NCBI GenBank assembly: GCA_002245135.1
Contig: NGBS01000601.1
Location: 1 to 64,000, forward strand
Source of the DNA: Proteromonas lacertae
Lineage: Eukaryota
Length of the DNA: 64,000 nt
Direction: 5' to 3'
Every line of letters starts with the position of its first letter. Within the stretch, counting starts at the first letter, position 1. The notes beneath the pieces are model-generated. The model saw only the letters and a program-made list of their open reading frames with translations, made no database searches and had not been told where the DNA came from. The translations under genes were made by a program, and so were the position numbers. Shown here piece after piece: positions 34,505 to 49,766 of the stretch.

Positions 34505-36530
34505 ATGTCGAAAATTGGTCGAAAGTGGTTTTGGTGATATAGAAGTGAAGATTGGAGATAATCGAATAATGTCAATCAAATCAATTTTAGTGAATGGAAA
34601 TGAAACAGTAAAGAAACTGTTATTAGATCGTGAGTTTGTTGGAGTTTTAGAGTTATATGAAGAAATCGAAGAAATTGGCTATTATGAGATGGAGAAATAC
34701 TACAGTGGTGGTGAACTGATAATCTGTAAAGAGAATGTGTGTGAAGTGTTGATGTTTTGTTTATGTTATTGTGAAAAAGAGATAATAAATGATTGTTATG
34801 AATTTGTGAAGAATAATATAGATGATGAAGTATTAATGAAATTAATTCATATATGTAATGTATTTGGTGGATGTTTGAGAGAGATAGAAGACTTGAAAAA
34901 TATGGAAATAGAAAAGCGAGGATATAAATATTTATATAAGAATGAATATTTGTTGAGATTAGAAATGAATAATTTGAGAGAGATATTAAATATGAGAGAT
35001 GTGATAATTCGAAGTGAGTTATGGTTATTAAATCGCTTATTGGAATGGTATAAATTCCAAAAGAATGAGAAAGATAATAAAGAGATTAAAGATGATTTTA
35101 AACAATTGATAGAAGAAGATGTCGATGGTGAAAAGATAAAAGAGAAAGAGATAGAAAAAGAGAATAAAGAAATGTTGAAAGAAATGAAAATAGAATTAAA
35201 GAAAAATGAATGTAAAAATCATAGAATTATATTTAATAAAAGATGAGAGAATTCAAAATGTAATAATCAACAATTACAATGAAGATAATGAAGAAGATGA
35301 CTTTAATGAAGAAGAAAGAAGAATATTGGATAAAATGAAAGAAGAAGAATTGAATGATGAAATAATGTGTATATTAGAAATGAATAATATAAAAATGACC
35401 GAAATAGTATTGATGATAATGAAATATAAAAATATGAAAAAGGAAAGTATAAATACTAAAAATATATTTAAATAGAATATATCTCAAATATCGAAAAGAG
35501 AACTATGTTGGATAGATTATGTATAGAATATAATGAGAATAAAAGAAATCGAACAATGAGATGTTTATGTTTGTTTGTTGATGATAAAAAGAATATTTCA
35601 ATAATAGAAGAAGTATGTGGAAAAGAAATTCTTTTTAGAATATTGAATGAAGATAATTATTTAAATTCCAAATCCAAAGAAATATTAATAGAATATATTC
35701 AGAATATGAAACTGAGTTTCGAAGAAGAAGAAGAAATGATAAAAATAATGAAAGATAAAGAATTATTGAGTGAATTAAAAACAAAAGAAGTCACATCATT
35801 TTCATATCCTCAATCAGAATATTCATTTATATTAAATGAAGAAATGTCAATAATTCCTTCATATGATGGAACAAAATGTGAATTTTCAATATATCCTTCC
35901 TTACCTGATGGAATGATGATAGATAGAAAAAGTGGAATAATTAATGGAAAAATGAATAGAGTAATCGAAAATAGAGAATATGAAATAAGTTGTAAGAATA
36001 TTCGAAGTGAAAAGAAATTCAAAATATCATTAGAATTTGTTGATATAAAATTCACAGAATTAAACAAAAGTGATGAAATAGAAGTATCAAATAATGGAAA
36101 GTTAATAGAAAATACAAATGAAGATATTTATCATCATTGTTATTTAAACTTAAAAATGGAAAAAGGAGTTTATCATATCAAATATAAATATCATCAAAAT
36201 AGAAGTTATTATGATGAAATGATGTTAGGATTATCAACTAATAATACATATTCTGGTTATAGTATTTTTGATAAATCAACAACATGTAATTATTGGGCAT
36301 TTTATGGTAAAAGTAAAGATATTACATCATTATGTCATATTGGAAGAGTTGTTAATAAAAATCCAAATTTCAATCATGGAGATGGTTCAATTTATGAAGT
36401 GATTATTGATATGAATAAAAGAGAATTTTGGATAAGTCATAATGATTCATCTCCTGTTTTACTTGTTAAAGATTTACCTTCTCCATTATATCCTTATGCT
36501 GTCAGTTATGTGGACTTAAAACATCAATAG
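34505..36530 (+). CDS. BTB/BACK-like plus He_PIG-like Ig plus SPRY/B30.2-like protein, interrupted by a frameshift and an intron
   Basis: ENVCEVL..C..FVKNN and VIIRSELWLL..W (BTB/BACK); FSIYPSLPDGMMIDRKSGIING (Ig); IYEVIIDMNKREFWISHN..LYPYA (SPRY). Confidence 0.65.
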
Positions 36531-36784
36531 AATTATTATCAGTTATTCATTAAAATCTAGATGTTAGACTTTATTATTTAGCAAATGGCAAAAAGGAACT
36601 CAGCATAATTATCAAAATTTGTTGGTGAAAATATATTAATGTTTCTTGTTGAGTGAAACACATTGTTTCTAATAACTCACTTATTCATCACCAATCCTGT
36701 AATATTTAACATCATTTCAAATGAAACACTATTATTTTTCATCAATAACAGCAAGCCAAGCCATTCTTTCATTTTATTGAAATC

Positions 36785-38478
36785 ATGAAAATACTCATTG
36801 TTATTCTTGCCATTGTTGTTTGTGTTTATAATCATCGTATTTATTCTATAAAATTATATAATAAAATCTAGCATTGAGTGGTTCAAAACCAAATATGGTG
36901 TTAGTTTTAATAGATGATGTTGGTTGGGGTGGTATGAATTTAAATAAATATTGTAATGAAATATTGTTAAATAGATTTAAGTAGTTATGGTCATCCAACA
37001 ATAATGACTCCAAACTTAGATAGGATGGCATCTGAAGGAATGAGATTTACTCAATTCTATTCAGCATGTATAATATAATATATTGATAATAAATTGTTTA
37101 TAGCTCCAGTTTGCACTCCATCTCGAGCTGCTTTTATGACCGGAAGGTATAAGTAAATAATTAAATAAAATATAGATTATCTGTTCGATCTGGAATGTTT
37201 CAGCCAATGGAACAACAGTGCTTCTAATGTGATGATAAATGTTTTGCATGCAGATGGTAGAGGAGGGTATATATATATTTATATATATTTATTAGTTTAC
37301 CAAAAGATGAAATCACTATTCCAAAGATATTAAAGAAAGCTGGTTATTATTCAAAATTAGTAGGTAAATGGCATTTAGGAATTCAGCGTGAAAATTGGCC
37401 TGAGAATTATGGTTTTGATGAATTTTATGGTACTCCTTATACTCATGGTCCTGATCAAGGCAATCAGAGTGCTTTACCTGATATGCAGTTATTGGATAAT
37501 GGTAAAATCTTAGGTAGATTATATCAAGATATTGATATAAGAGAAATTCATCAATGGTATGGTGAAAAATGTTTAGAATTTATTGATAAACATTATAATG
37601 ATTCTAATCCATTTCTATTAATATTTACACCTGATAATACTCACTTACCATTATGGCCAAGTAGTAAATGGAGTGGTCATAGTAATCGTGGTGCTTATGG
37701 TGATTGTATGGAAGAATCTGATGATTTGGTAGGTCAAATAATAAATCGATTGAAATATCACAATATTGATAATAATACTATGGTATTCTTTTCAAGTGAT
37801 AATGGTCCCGATATGCGAGATGATTTATGTTTTGGTGAAAGTACAACTAAATGTGATATAACTCAAGGTGGAACAGCTGGTTTATTAAAAGGAGGTAAAG
37901 CAACAACATGGGAAGGTGGAATAAGAGAACCAGGTATATTCTGGTGGCCAAATCATATAAAAAGTGGAGTAGTTACCCAAGAATATGGTGTATTAACTGA
38001 TTTATTTGCAACAGCTTGTGATTTAGCTGGAGTTGAATTACCTTCAGATAGAGTAATTGATGGTAAAAGTTTATTGAATGTATTAATCGATAATGGTAAA
38101 AGTCCTCACGAATTCTTATATCATTGGAGAGGTAATAAACTAATGGCAATAACTCATGGTGCTTATAAATGTCATTTCTTCAGTCAAGGTGATCATGATT
38201 GGGTTGATCCTTATTTGAAAGAATATAAACCTCCAATAATGTATAATATCTGGAAAGATCCTGGTGAGAGATGGCCATTAGATATGAATGATGAGAATTA
38301 CAAGAGAGAAATCGTAATTATGGAAAAAGCATATAAAAATCATTTATCTGAAGTAAAAATACCTGAAAGTGGTGAACTTGATGTATGTGATAAACATGTT
38401 GCTTTATGGAAACCTGATTTACCAGTTCCTCCTTCTAACAATGTGAGTTGTTGTCAAGATCCTTGTATGACTTGGTAA
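36785..38478 (+). CDS. Secreted arylsulfatase (ARSA/GALNS-like), multi-exon
   Basis: Signal peptide, [28 protein letters not shown] formylglycine motif, [22 protein letters not shown]. Confidence 0.92.
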
Positions 38479-38664
38479 AATCGTTAAATGATGTTTACTT
38501 TTAATTTTCTTGTGTTTTTTACATACATAATTACGATAATTTTTACATGAACATGGATAAACGTTATTTGCAATCATCTGAAGATAATTTGAAAGTCACT
38601 ATATTAAAAATAAAACTGTAAATTGATTGAAGAATGAGTTAGAGATTAAAATAGGATCTTAAGG

Positions 38665-39094
38665 TTATCTTCATAGTTATTTAAATTTAAAAATGGAAAA
38701 TGGAATTTATCATATCAAATATAAATTTCATCAAAATGGAAATAAATATGATGATATGATGTTAGGATTATCAACTAATAATACATACTCTGGTAAATAC
38801 ATTTATGATCAATCAACAACATGCAATTATTATGCATTTTATGGTAAAAGTGAAGATATAACTGATGATTGTCATATTGGAAGAGTTGTTAATAAAAATC
38901 CAAATTTCAACAATCATGGAGATAGTTCAATTTATGAAGTGATTATTGATATGAATAAAAGAGAATTTTGGATTAGTCATAATAATTCATCTCCTGTTTT
39001 ACTTGTTAAAGATTTACCTTCAACATTATATACATATGCTATACTATTGTATCATGGTAATAACACTTCACTTGATTTAATATCTCTTTCTTAA
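38665..39094 (+). pseudogene. Isolated duplicate of the SPRY-like segment of the upstream BTB gene
   Basis: Highly similar to ~36140-36500 at DNA and protein level; lacks the upstream domains. Confidence 0.65.
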
Positions 39095-39499
39095 ATGATT
39101 TTTTTTTAAATTATTAGATATTATAAAAATGGGTATTTATTGTACAATTTATTCATGGTATATCTACTAAAATAATCCTAAATACTAGAATATTCTATTT
39201 AGATATGCCTTTACATTTGCGCATGCTTATATGTTGTACAAAACTTCGTGCTTTCTTATATATGCATATGATTTCATCATCAACCTTTTTGCTATTCATT
39301 TTTTTCAATAAAACTATTTTATCTAGGCTTGATTCTCTTGTCAAGCTAAAATTTCTTTAACCAATCACTTTCATCAGTTAGTGATATTTTTGCATTTTAT
39401 GCAATTAATCGGTAGACCAGAAGATAAATTCTCTCGCTCTTTTCACCAGAACTCGTGTTGCTATTCATTCTATATAAACCTAACATCTAAACCAGAATA

Positions 39500-40528
39500 A
39501 TGGGTATAGAACAAATTTATAATTCCTTAGAAACAAGAAAAGAAATGAAAAACTATTGGATTGAGCATAGCACCAATGGCTCAATTCAAGAAATGTTCCT
39601 CGACGACAGTGCTGAGCTTTTAGATAGACTTGATAAAAATGAAGTATTGAATGTATTACCATGTTTAAATGGAAAGGATATAGTTGAAATTGGAGCAGGA
39701 ATTGGAAGATTAACTCAGTTTATTGCTCCTTTATGTAAATCATTGAAAACAGTTGATTTTATTGAAAAGTTTATCCAAAAAGTATAAATACTATTGATAA
39801 TATATATAATAGAATGAAGAAATTAATGGAAGATTTGCTAATGTGAGATTTGAATGTAATGATGTAACAAAAATGGTAGAAAATTCATTTAGCTATGATT
39901 TTGTATTTACCAATTGGTTATTAATGTATCTCAATGATATAGAATGTAAAGAATTCGCTGAGAAATCATTGAATTGGTTAAAAATAGGTGGATTTATATT
40001 CATTCGAGAATCTTGCTGTCATCAATCAGGAAACAAGCAAAGAAGTTTCAATCCTTCATTTTATCGTGATAATGATTATTATTTCAACTTATTCAATGGA
40101 ACAAGTGATGATAAATACACTTATCAATTGATAAAACATGGAAATATGAAATGTTATGAAGAATTAAAAAGAAACAAGAATCAATCATTTTGGTTATTTC
40201 AAAAGGTCGAAATTAAGAACAAACCTCATGATTTAGATTTGCAGTCCTTCTTAGATAGTCAGCAGTATGCTGTGGATGGTATTTTAAAGTATGAAAGAAT
40301 CTTTGGTCATGGATTTGTAAGTACAGGTGGAATAACAACAACAAGAGAATTCTTGTGTAGATTGAATTTATTACCTAATCAGATAGTGTTAGATGTAGGT
40401 TGTGGTATTGGTGGAGGAGATTTTTTAATGGCTAAAGAGTATGGAGTGAGTGTTTATGGAATTGATTTATCTACTAATATGATTAATTTAGCATTACAAA
40501 GAGCTAAAGAATATGATTCAGTATATAT

Positions 40529-40559
<31 letters not shown>

Positions 40560-41069
40560 TTGTTATTATTGTTATAGTTGAATGTGATATTTAGTGTTGC
40601 AAATGTGTTAGAAGCAGAATATAAAGAAAATAGTTTTGATGTGATATACAGTCGAGATGCAATATTACACATTGAAAATAAGAAAGCATTATTTGAAAGG
40701 TTTTATAAATGGTTAAAACCAGATGGTGAAGTATTTATTACTGACTATTGTTGTGGAGAAGGAAAACACTCTGATGAGTTTAATGAATATGTAAAGCAAC
40801 GAAATTACCACTTATTAACACCAAGTGAGTATGGAGAAGTATTAGAATCAGTTGGTTTTAGTGTAATATCTGCTATTGATAATACTCAACAATTTGTTGA
40901 TGTATTAGAAAGTGAAAAAGAGAGATTTTGTATAGAAAAAGAATCATTTGTAAAAGATTATGGTGAAGATGCATATAATCATATTATTGATGGTTGGAAG
41001 AATAAATTGGTTCGATGTGCAGCTGGTGATCAGAAATGGGGATTGTTTCACTTCAGAAAACCTAATTGA
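39500..41069 (+). CDS. PEAMT: Phosphoethanolamine N-methyltransferase, two-domain plant type, two introns
   Basis: EIGAGIGR, FTNWLLMYL, RESCCHQSG, YERIFGHGFVSTGG, LDVGCGIGGG, YSRDAILHI, QKWGLF. Confidence 0.93.
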
Positions 41070-41314
41070 GTAAATCAACTCATTTAATCACAATGGATGA
41101 ATTATATTGTGTGTATTTCTTTTAATAAAATAACATAAATAGTTTCTTAATTTAAATAAAATCGTTTCAATTAAGCATTTTCATTATAGTATATATTGTC
41201 TATTCTATGTGACTTACTAATATTCTTAATGTAAACACAAAGTCTAAACAACAAAATAAAGTACACTAACACTTTAATTAATTCATTTATCTTATATTAA
41301 TTTATTGTATGTAA

Positions 41315-41998
41315 TTATCTAATTTTATATATCATTTTGTTTATACATCTCATCTTATTGATTAATCTAAGCGAGTTATTATTTCCTAAAGTGATAATTG
41401 GTTTGAATGTTGGTTTATTAGTAACATTCATTTTATTCATCCTTTTGTTTTGATAAAAAAACTTCATTGAGAAATGATTATATGATTTTGTATAAAGTGA
41501 TGATTTACTTTGTTTAGTAATAAAATATTCTTGATAAGGTTGATTTTTTGATTTTAGTGATATTTTCTTCTGATTTTCTTTCTTTTGTATTAAAAAGTCT
41601 ACATAATCCACTAGAAGTATGATATTATCTTTATGCTGTTCTACAAACTCATTATCTATAGCTATTATAGTTGGAAAAGCATTGAGTGGATAACGTCATT
41701 CATCAGATTCATAACCATAAAATAAAGTTATATAACTGCATTATATACTTCCGTTCATGAGGGTATTTTAAGATTGCACCTAAAAAAATATAATCATTCT
41801 CTTCACCTTGATCATAATCAAGAATATAAACAGCAGGTGTTTCTACATTATCTTAATCTTTTATCATAGCTATATCATAATGATGTGCTGTATAGTATTT
41901 TATGTCTTCTGATTTCTCAACCCAATCATCTATATCATTGTTACCTTCTTCTTGTAGTTTATAAAAAGATTCACATATCTCAATTTGTTTGGCTGAGA
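41315..41998 (-). pseudogene. Degraded hypothetical gene
   Basis: Protein-like frames interrupted by stops upstream of ORF 41315-41611. Confidence 0.3.
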
Positions 41999-42108
41999 GA
42001 GTTATATTAAATTTTTAGAAATTTTATAATAAAAGATGAACTATAACATATTACATACAGAATAATACACAAACATGTTGAAGTAATAAAGTCAAATATA
42101 TTATTATA

Positions 42109-43544
42109 TTAAAAACTATTAGTTTCATTAGGAGTAGTATTTGTTGTTGCAATCTTCGACCATTGATTCACATATTCATCATAATCTAACCCATTACACC
42201 ATTCCAACAATTCATTACACTGTTCTTCCCAATTTGGATCATCAAAGTTAATTTCGGGTAAATCTTTTGATTCACCACTTATATTATTAGTTCCCGTATT
42301 CTGTTGTTTTTCATAATCTTTACATTCATTTTTCATCATTCCTTGTTCATACATTGTCTTATACCACTTTCTTTTTCTTTCTTTTAATAATTGCTGTTTA
42401 TTCTGTCTTCTAACTACAGCATTGAAATGAAAATCTTTCTTTTTACGATTACTGTCAACAGTTATTGGATTGTGTGGATCTAATATATCATTCTCTATTG
42501 TTCTCCAACCATTATTTTCATATCGTTTATACCAATCATCAGTTCCAACTTCTTCAATCTCTTGACTTGTTCTAGCTGTGATAAATGCATGATATAGTGA
42601 ACCACCTACTCTTATAGTTGTTTCGCATGGTTTATTCTTATATCCTTCAATTTTTTGTTCTGGGATTGGAACAGATCTTGTATAATTCTTTGGAGCAAAT
42701 GAACCAATATCACAAACTGGTGCTTTAGTGTAAATCTTATAATATATTTGTGGTGGAAATTTATATCCTCCTAATCGAAATCTTAATATTAATCCTGCTG
42801 CAGGATCAATTAAACCTGATTCTGCTGGATTTATAGATCTTAATAACACATAAGGATCACCAGCATCACAGAAGTTGATTAATCCTTTTAGATAATTATA
42901 TAATCGACGATTTCTAAAGTATGTCCAAAATCTCCATATTTTTCTAGCAGCAAAAACAAATAAATTACCATCACTGCTTGTTAGTTTTATATCTATTAAT
43001 ATATTATATTATTCATGCATTATACGATGTAAAAGATAACATTTTTCAATCATTTTAACAGCAACTTTATAACTAAATAACAGTTAAAAATAATATTAAA
43101 AAATATACATATGAGATTTGAAAAAATAGGTAGAACGACGAGATCTCCAACCACGAAACAATGCTTGCATTTTCATTGCACACCATTCTTCAAATCCATC
43201 AATTCTATATCCCTTAGTTTTTACTAGAATTGCATATTTATCAATTAGTTTTAATTTTGATTTAATCTATAAATTATTATAATGCACAATACAGGAGGTA
43301 ATGGTTTCCATCCTTTACGATACAATCTTGACCTTAAACAAGATTGAAGATCGATAACTGCTAAAATTCCAGCTACGAATGGATAATCTCCTTTTTGTAT
43401 AATGTTCTAGAAAGTGATTAATACTTTTAATATTACTTTTCTATGACTACTAGTGATTGTAGCAAAATATGACCTCCATGGCATCCCTCTTACTGTGGAG
43501 TAATAGCTATGTCTTTCTTGATTAGGATCAACAAGAATTGGCAT
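42109..43544 (-). CDS. MFI/C11orf65-like protein with upstream IQ-like motifs, multi-exon
   Basis: LLRSINPAESGLIDPAAG..RFRLGG.KFPP.IYYKI and WYKRYENNGWR; 5' exons inferred. Confidence 0.75.
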
Positions 43545-43662
43545 TAAATAATCCTTCTACTTCTCAAAAAAATAAAAAACGTTTGAATAAATAAAAAATA
43601 AAACGACTATTTTTCTAATAATAACATAAAACATTATATAAACAAAAACAGCAATAAATAAA

Positions 43663-46600
43663 TCAAAACAAAGGTTCATATGATTGAGCTGACTTTCTTC
43701 TAATCACAGAATGAACCATAGTAAGTCTAAATTTGAAAATTTCAAATGCTTTAATCAACTTCAAAGCAGCATAATAATGTCTAATATCATATTCTATATC
43801 TTTACCATCAATTCTCTTCATTTTTCTATACTTCTTCTTCCATGCTTTAACAGCACGATGTTGAGGAGGTAATTCAATATTGAAATTATCATTACCTTTT
43901 CTCTCTAAATCATCTTCCACTATTCTCTTAGCACATGCTAATACAACATCACTGAAATACACTCTGGGTTCACCATTATCTCTTTTATACATAGGAATCT
44001 TCATTTTGGCTATTTTTCTTCTCCTATCTTCGCCTATTAAATCTTCAGGAAATCCCATTGGAGGTGGTATTCGACCAAAGAAATCATCTAATTGTGATAG
44101 GGAAATTGAGCACTTTGCATCATAATCAAATTCATTCCATACTCGTACGAATTGTTCCATTTGTTCAGGAGTTAACATTGAATTCTCTGAATGAGAAACA
44201 TCACCAAAACCATCTAAAATAACACCAATAAATAATTGAACTAAAATTGAACTGATAATCAAAATGAAAGAAAAGAAAAATCTATAATAATATTATAATA
44301 GTATATACATATAAGCCATCCAATTTCCACATCCCATTAAAGGTTCACAAATTACATCTCCACTATGTAAACAATAGTTTGGATTATAAGGTGGATCTAA
44401 TTCACAATCTTCAGTATTCAAACAATCATACATAAGGTAATTCCATACTTCACCTGTTGCACTTCTTACTAATGTTACTAAAGCAGTACCAAAATTCCTA
44501 AAATTGATTCTATCATCTAAAACAGTGCCATTTTTCACTTTAGCAAACAACTGAACACCTAAAACTGAATATATAAACAACATCAATGCTAAAATACCAC
44601 CAACATTCGCTAGAGATGGTAAAGTCAATAATAATGTGTTAAATAAAGTTCTTAATGCTTTTGCATTCTGTATTAATCTCAATATTCTACCAATTCTAAA
44701 CATTCTTACTACTAATAAAGCAGATACGTTTGAATTAGACATTGTTAATTTCAATATTACGCCAATATCAGAACCAAAGGTCACTAAGAAATCAAATATA
44801 TTCCAATTATCAGTAAAATACTGTCTAAATCCTAATGCCATTAGTTTCAATATAGCTTCAATAGTAAATATAAAAGCGAAAAAATAATTAATATAATCAG
44901 ATGCAACACTATATTCATAAGGCTGACCAAACCATGTGATTGCCATAACAGCAGTATTTAATAAAATGCAAATCATAATAAACCAATCAAAAAACTCAGA
45001 ATGAATTAAATTGAAACATCTTTTCCTATATTTATTCTTTGGTCTTCTTAATGGTTTGTCTATTTTCATTGCCAACAATGATTCTTGCATATCAACCCAC
45101 TGTCTTTGTTCTTCAGTTAAGAATAAATGATCTTTGCCTAACTTAGCTTTCATATTATTAAAATTCTCAACAACAACACCAGCAAATAAATTCAAAATGA
45201 AAAATGCACCTACAACAATAAATGCCATAAAGAAGAATGACCAAGCCTTTTGATTATCAGGAATTGGCTGCATATCAATACCTGTACCATCTGTACCTAT
45301 ATACATTATATTCTGCCAACCTTCAGTGGTTGTCATTTGATAAAAGGATGAAAATGATTCAATAACATTATCAAAGCTTTGTGGACAATGATAATTACTA
45401 ATCCATTCACATCCCATCCATAAACATATTTGCTTGGATGTTTTACCTGTATAATTACCAGTAAACCAACTCTTTTCTGTATTTGAGAGATTTGCATAAT
45501 ATCTTGGATGGATTATTAGTTCTTGCTGATCATCTGATAAACTATCAAATTTATCACCACTACAGCCAAAATTCAAACCTTTAAAGTAGTTTGTTCCAAT
45601 GATAGAGAATATTAAAAAGAACATACAAGCTATTAAAACTATATTCGCCATTCCTGGTACAGAAGATAATAATGCATTTGCTACTAATTTCAAACCTGGA
45701 TTTCTACTCACAACTCTTAATGGCCTTAAAGCTCTAAATGCTCTTAGTGCTCTTAATGCAGTTAAATTTGAACCTACATTGACCATTGGTAAAGCAGCTA
45801 ATATTGATATTATAACAACAAAACAATCTAATACATTCCAAGGTGATCTTAAGTAAGCATGTTTACCAAAAATTAAACCAAATGTTATGATCTTTAATAA
45901 CATTTCTATTGCAAATAATGCTGTTAATATATAATCAACAATATGCAAAGCTTTTTTGGTAGTAGAATTAGGATCATCTAAAGGATTATCAACAGCTAAT
46001 AGAATTGAACTAAATAGAATTAAAAATAAGATAAATTTATCAAAGTATTTGTTTTGTACAAATGTAGCACATTTATCTCTCAGCCAATTCTCTGGTGAAA
46101 AAACAAACAATGATTTACCAATAATCTCTATCTTTGAATCTGTAGTTACTGAAGTCATGCCCATTTCCGAATAAGATGTTTCACTATCCATTGATAAATT
46201 ACTATTGTAGGATGATAATCTCTATAGTAAAATATAATAACAACAATAATTTATACAGATAAATTATAAGAATTTCTTCTCGAAGTTAATGCAGAACTTC
46301 TATTCATTTTCTGTGATTCTGCTCTACTTTTCTCATCATTCTTTTGTGACATTAATTTCTTTTTCCTAAAAGCAGCAGCTGTAATTTGTTTCAATGCTTT
46401 CAATTCATTCTCATCGTGAGGAGTCATATTCACAACTGAATTAGTTCTACTAATACCTTCAGATTTATTAAATTCTAATTGTTCTAATCCATTATCAGTT
46501 TTTACACTTGAATGTCTTGAAATTGGTGGAGATGAAGGATTTGCTACATTTCTATTATACTTTTCTTTTTCATTCTCAATCTTTGAATTCATAATCTTTA

Positions 46601-49590
46601 TAGATGTTTTCTTTAATAATGAATTGGTGGTAATTTGTGGATGAATACTTATACTACTTGTTTGAGGAATATTCTTATGTTCATTTGTAAATGTACTTTT
46701 ACTAACACGTAATTGAACTGTGCTTTGATTTGGAAATTCATTGGTTCTTTCTGATAATACTGGTTCTGTAGGATCTATATCATTAGTTGGGATTAATTTC
46801 ACTGTTGGAACTGGTGATGGTTGTATTTGCGATGGAGGAATCTTACCAAGCGAAAAGATACTTTTCTTCTTCATAATTGATGTAACACCTTTGTTTTGAG
46901 GTTGTGTAGAGATGACGGAATGAGTTGGTGAAGTTGGTGGTGGTTCAATTACTGAAGGATTTGGTGCATTTGGCATTAACATATTTCCTTTTTCAGGAAT
47001 ACTATTCAGTAGTAAATGTGAAATAATTTTATTATTATTATTATTATTTGCAGAAACAATTGGATTAGAAGTATCTTGACGTTTTATATTAATAGATTCA
47101 GATTTATCAGAATCATATTCAGAGATTGTTGTTTCATGGATTGTTGATTCTGGTGCAATTCCAACACCTTTCTTACAACATCTACATTGAAAAAACTTCT
47201 TCATACGAATATATACACTCGACATACTTGTTTTCTTATGACTTAAAGATAATTCTTTTGAATCAAAATTACCTAACAAAATAGCTAAAAACAAATTCAA
47301 TACTACCCAATTTCCTATTACTATTAAATTGAATGTATAAATTTCACTTATTGCTGAAGTTGCTCTTCTTTGGTCATACATTACCATATTGAAATTATCA
47401 ATAGCTAAATGTTGAAATACTGTTAATAATGAATAATAGAAATCATCATATCTACACCTAGGAATATCAGCATCAATATAACCAGGTTCATCAATTTGTA
47501 TTTGATATTGTGTAATTGGATCAAAGTGAAATTCATTTGCAAAGAATTGCATTCCCATTAATGTTTCAATATATAAATATAATAACAACAAAACAGCAAA
47601 GTTTAAAATATCTTCTAATGAACGAGATAATGATTTGAATAATTCCTGTAAAGATTTCCACTTCCTTGCTAATTTAAACAATCGAAATAACCTGAAAGAT
47701 CTCAATGCAGATACACCTGAAGTATGACTTTCAACATCAGCAAGCATAAAAGATGGTGGTGCAAATATAAACTCAAAAATACTAATGATCACAACAATCA
47801 TATCAAATATATTAAATTTATCATAAAAATAAAACCTAAAACCATCAGCATATAATTTCAACAACATTTCAATTATAAATATCATTGTAAGCACAAAATT
47901 GATATATTCACATGTATTAGTAATTTCTGGATGTAATGGATACATATCTAAAGCTAAAACGATTGTATTAATCAAAATACAAAGGACAATAAATATTTCA
48001 AATACAGGATGAGTAATTAATTCATAACAAAACTTACGAACTTTATTTGAATTATTTACAGCTTGTTTTAATCGAATACTAACAGACATACTGATGGATT
48101 GTCTTCTTTCTCTTTTTATTTTTGCTAATAGTGCTTGTTGAATCCTCACTTCAGCTCTTGATTCATTAAACTTTGTGAAAATAACAGCCAACATCAAATT
48201 CAATAAGAAATAATTACCAAATAATACCAATATAATAAACCACAGTGGAGGACCCCAATAATTATAACTATCCATTAACAAATACATAATATCACTCCAA
48301 CCTTCCAGTGTTAGAGTTTGTAATATTACAATCACTATATCTAATAAACTATCAAAAATTGGATAACCATAGTTTAAATCTTCATCAAATTCAGCTTCAT
48401 GCATATAATTCCTAACATTATCTACGAATCGTGGATTTCCTTGTTTATCCCAGTTACTACCACATGTGTAATTATTATGACATTTATAAGCACCACCACA
48501 TAGTCTTAGTACTTCTTGATCAGTTGGCCAAACACATAATCTTGCTATATATGATAAATAAATATATATATATATATATATATACGTGTGGACCATGGTG
48601 ATGATTTCTGATTCCAATGAACATCATCTAATGGAATAATATCAGATACATTTCCCTCAAAATGACAATATGGAAATGATTCTCTATTATTGATTATATC
48701 ATATACAATATTATCCTCTGGTTTTCCTTCAACGAACCAATCAAATTCTAAATCACTATACTGATCATAGATTGTAGAATTAACTGCTATTGGATATGGA
48801 GTTAATCTACATCGATAATGCATAAAACCAATGAAAAATTGAAGTGCTAAAATACCAAAAATTGCGAATATAAATATCAACAAAATCATTACATTTACCA
48901 GATCAGGAATTGAACTTAATAAAGCAGATACTAAAATCTTCATTCTTGGAACTATCAATTATATATATAAATTATAATCAATTAATAAATTTATACGTCT
49001 GTTTAATGTTCTAAGTGGTCTTAACACACGAAATGTCCTTAGAAATGACACATTTGGCATTCCTGGAAGGCTTTGTAACAAACTAGTAATAACAACAATG
49101 AAATCTATCCAATTCCAACCGTTATGTAAATAAGCACCAGGTCCAATGAAAAATCCCATTGAAATGACTTTCAATATACATTCTATTGTGAATAATACTG
49201 TTAGTGGCAATTCTGTTATTTCAAATATGTGATTAACTTCAGATTTACAATCTAACCTTGTCTTTGGATCCATTCCATGATACGAAGGGATCTATTTGTT
49301 ATATTTTAAATACAACATACATGTGTTTTTCTGTCTATACAACTGTATTCAATACACCCTAGCAAAATTGAATTAAATAATATAAGAAATAATATGAACA
49401 TATCGAAAAATCTGTGTGTAACAATTCTTGCCATGGTCTTTCGAATGGGATTATCAACAGAGAATAAAAATAATGAATTTTCTGCAAATTGATAAGCATT
49501 ACCATTCAAATAGAAATTGTATTTTTCTACCTCCTCTAGAATTCTACTCTTTTGTCTATGAATTAGAAAGCTGTATTGATACTTAGGCAT
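43663..49590 (-). CDS. Four-domain voltage-gated Ca2+/Na+ channel alpha subunit, multi-exon
   Basis: Four S4 segments (RTFRVLRPLR, RSFRLFRLFK, RALRAFRALRPLR, RMFRIGRILR), four pore loops and a C-terminal EF-hand-like region. Confidence 0.93.
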
Positions 49591-49766
49591 AAATATAAAA
49601 TATAAAAATTTGTAGGTTTAATGGAAATATTATAATGATCTAAATTTCCTTCGTATTTGATTGACACGTAATATAAATAAAAAAAACTGAAAGGCTATGA
49701 AACGATACAATTTTTAATAAACAAACAAGCTTTTTGGCAAACATTTTTTAAAATTTAAAAATTAAA

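Noticed and set aside
5926..41860. Stop-codon reassignment (TAA as Gln/Glu) suggested by in-frame TAAs at 5926, 17052, 23061, 30661 and ~41853
   Set aside because: Long conserved genes (kinesin, channel, PEAMT, sulfatase) have no internal TAA and many genes end in TAA; these are better read as nonsense lesions.
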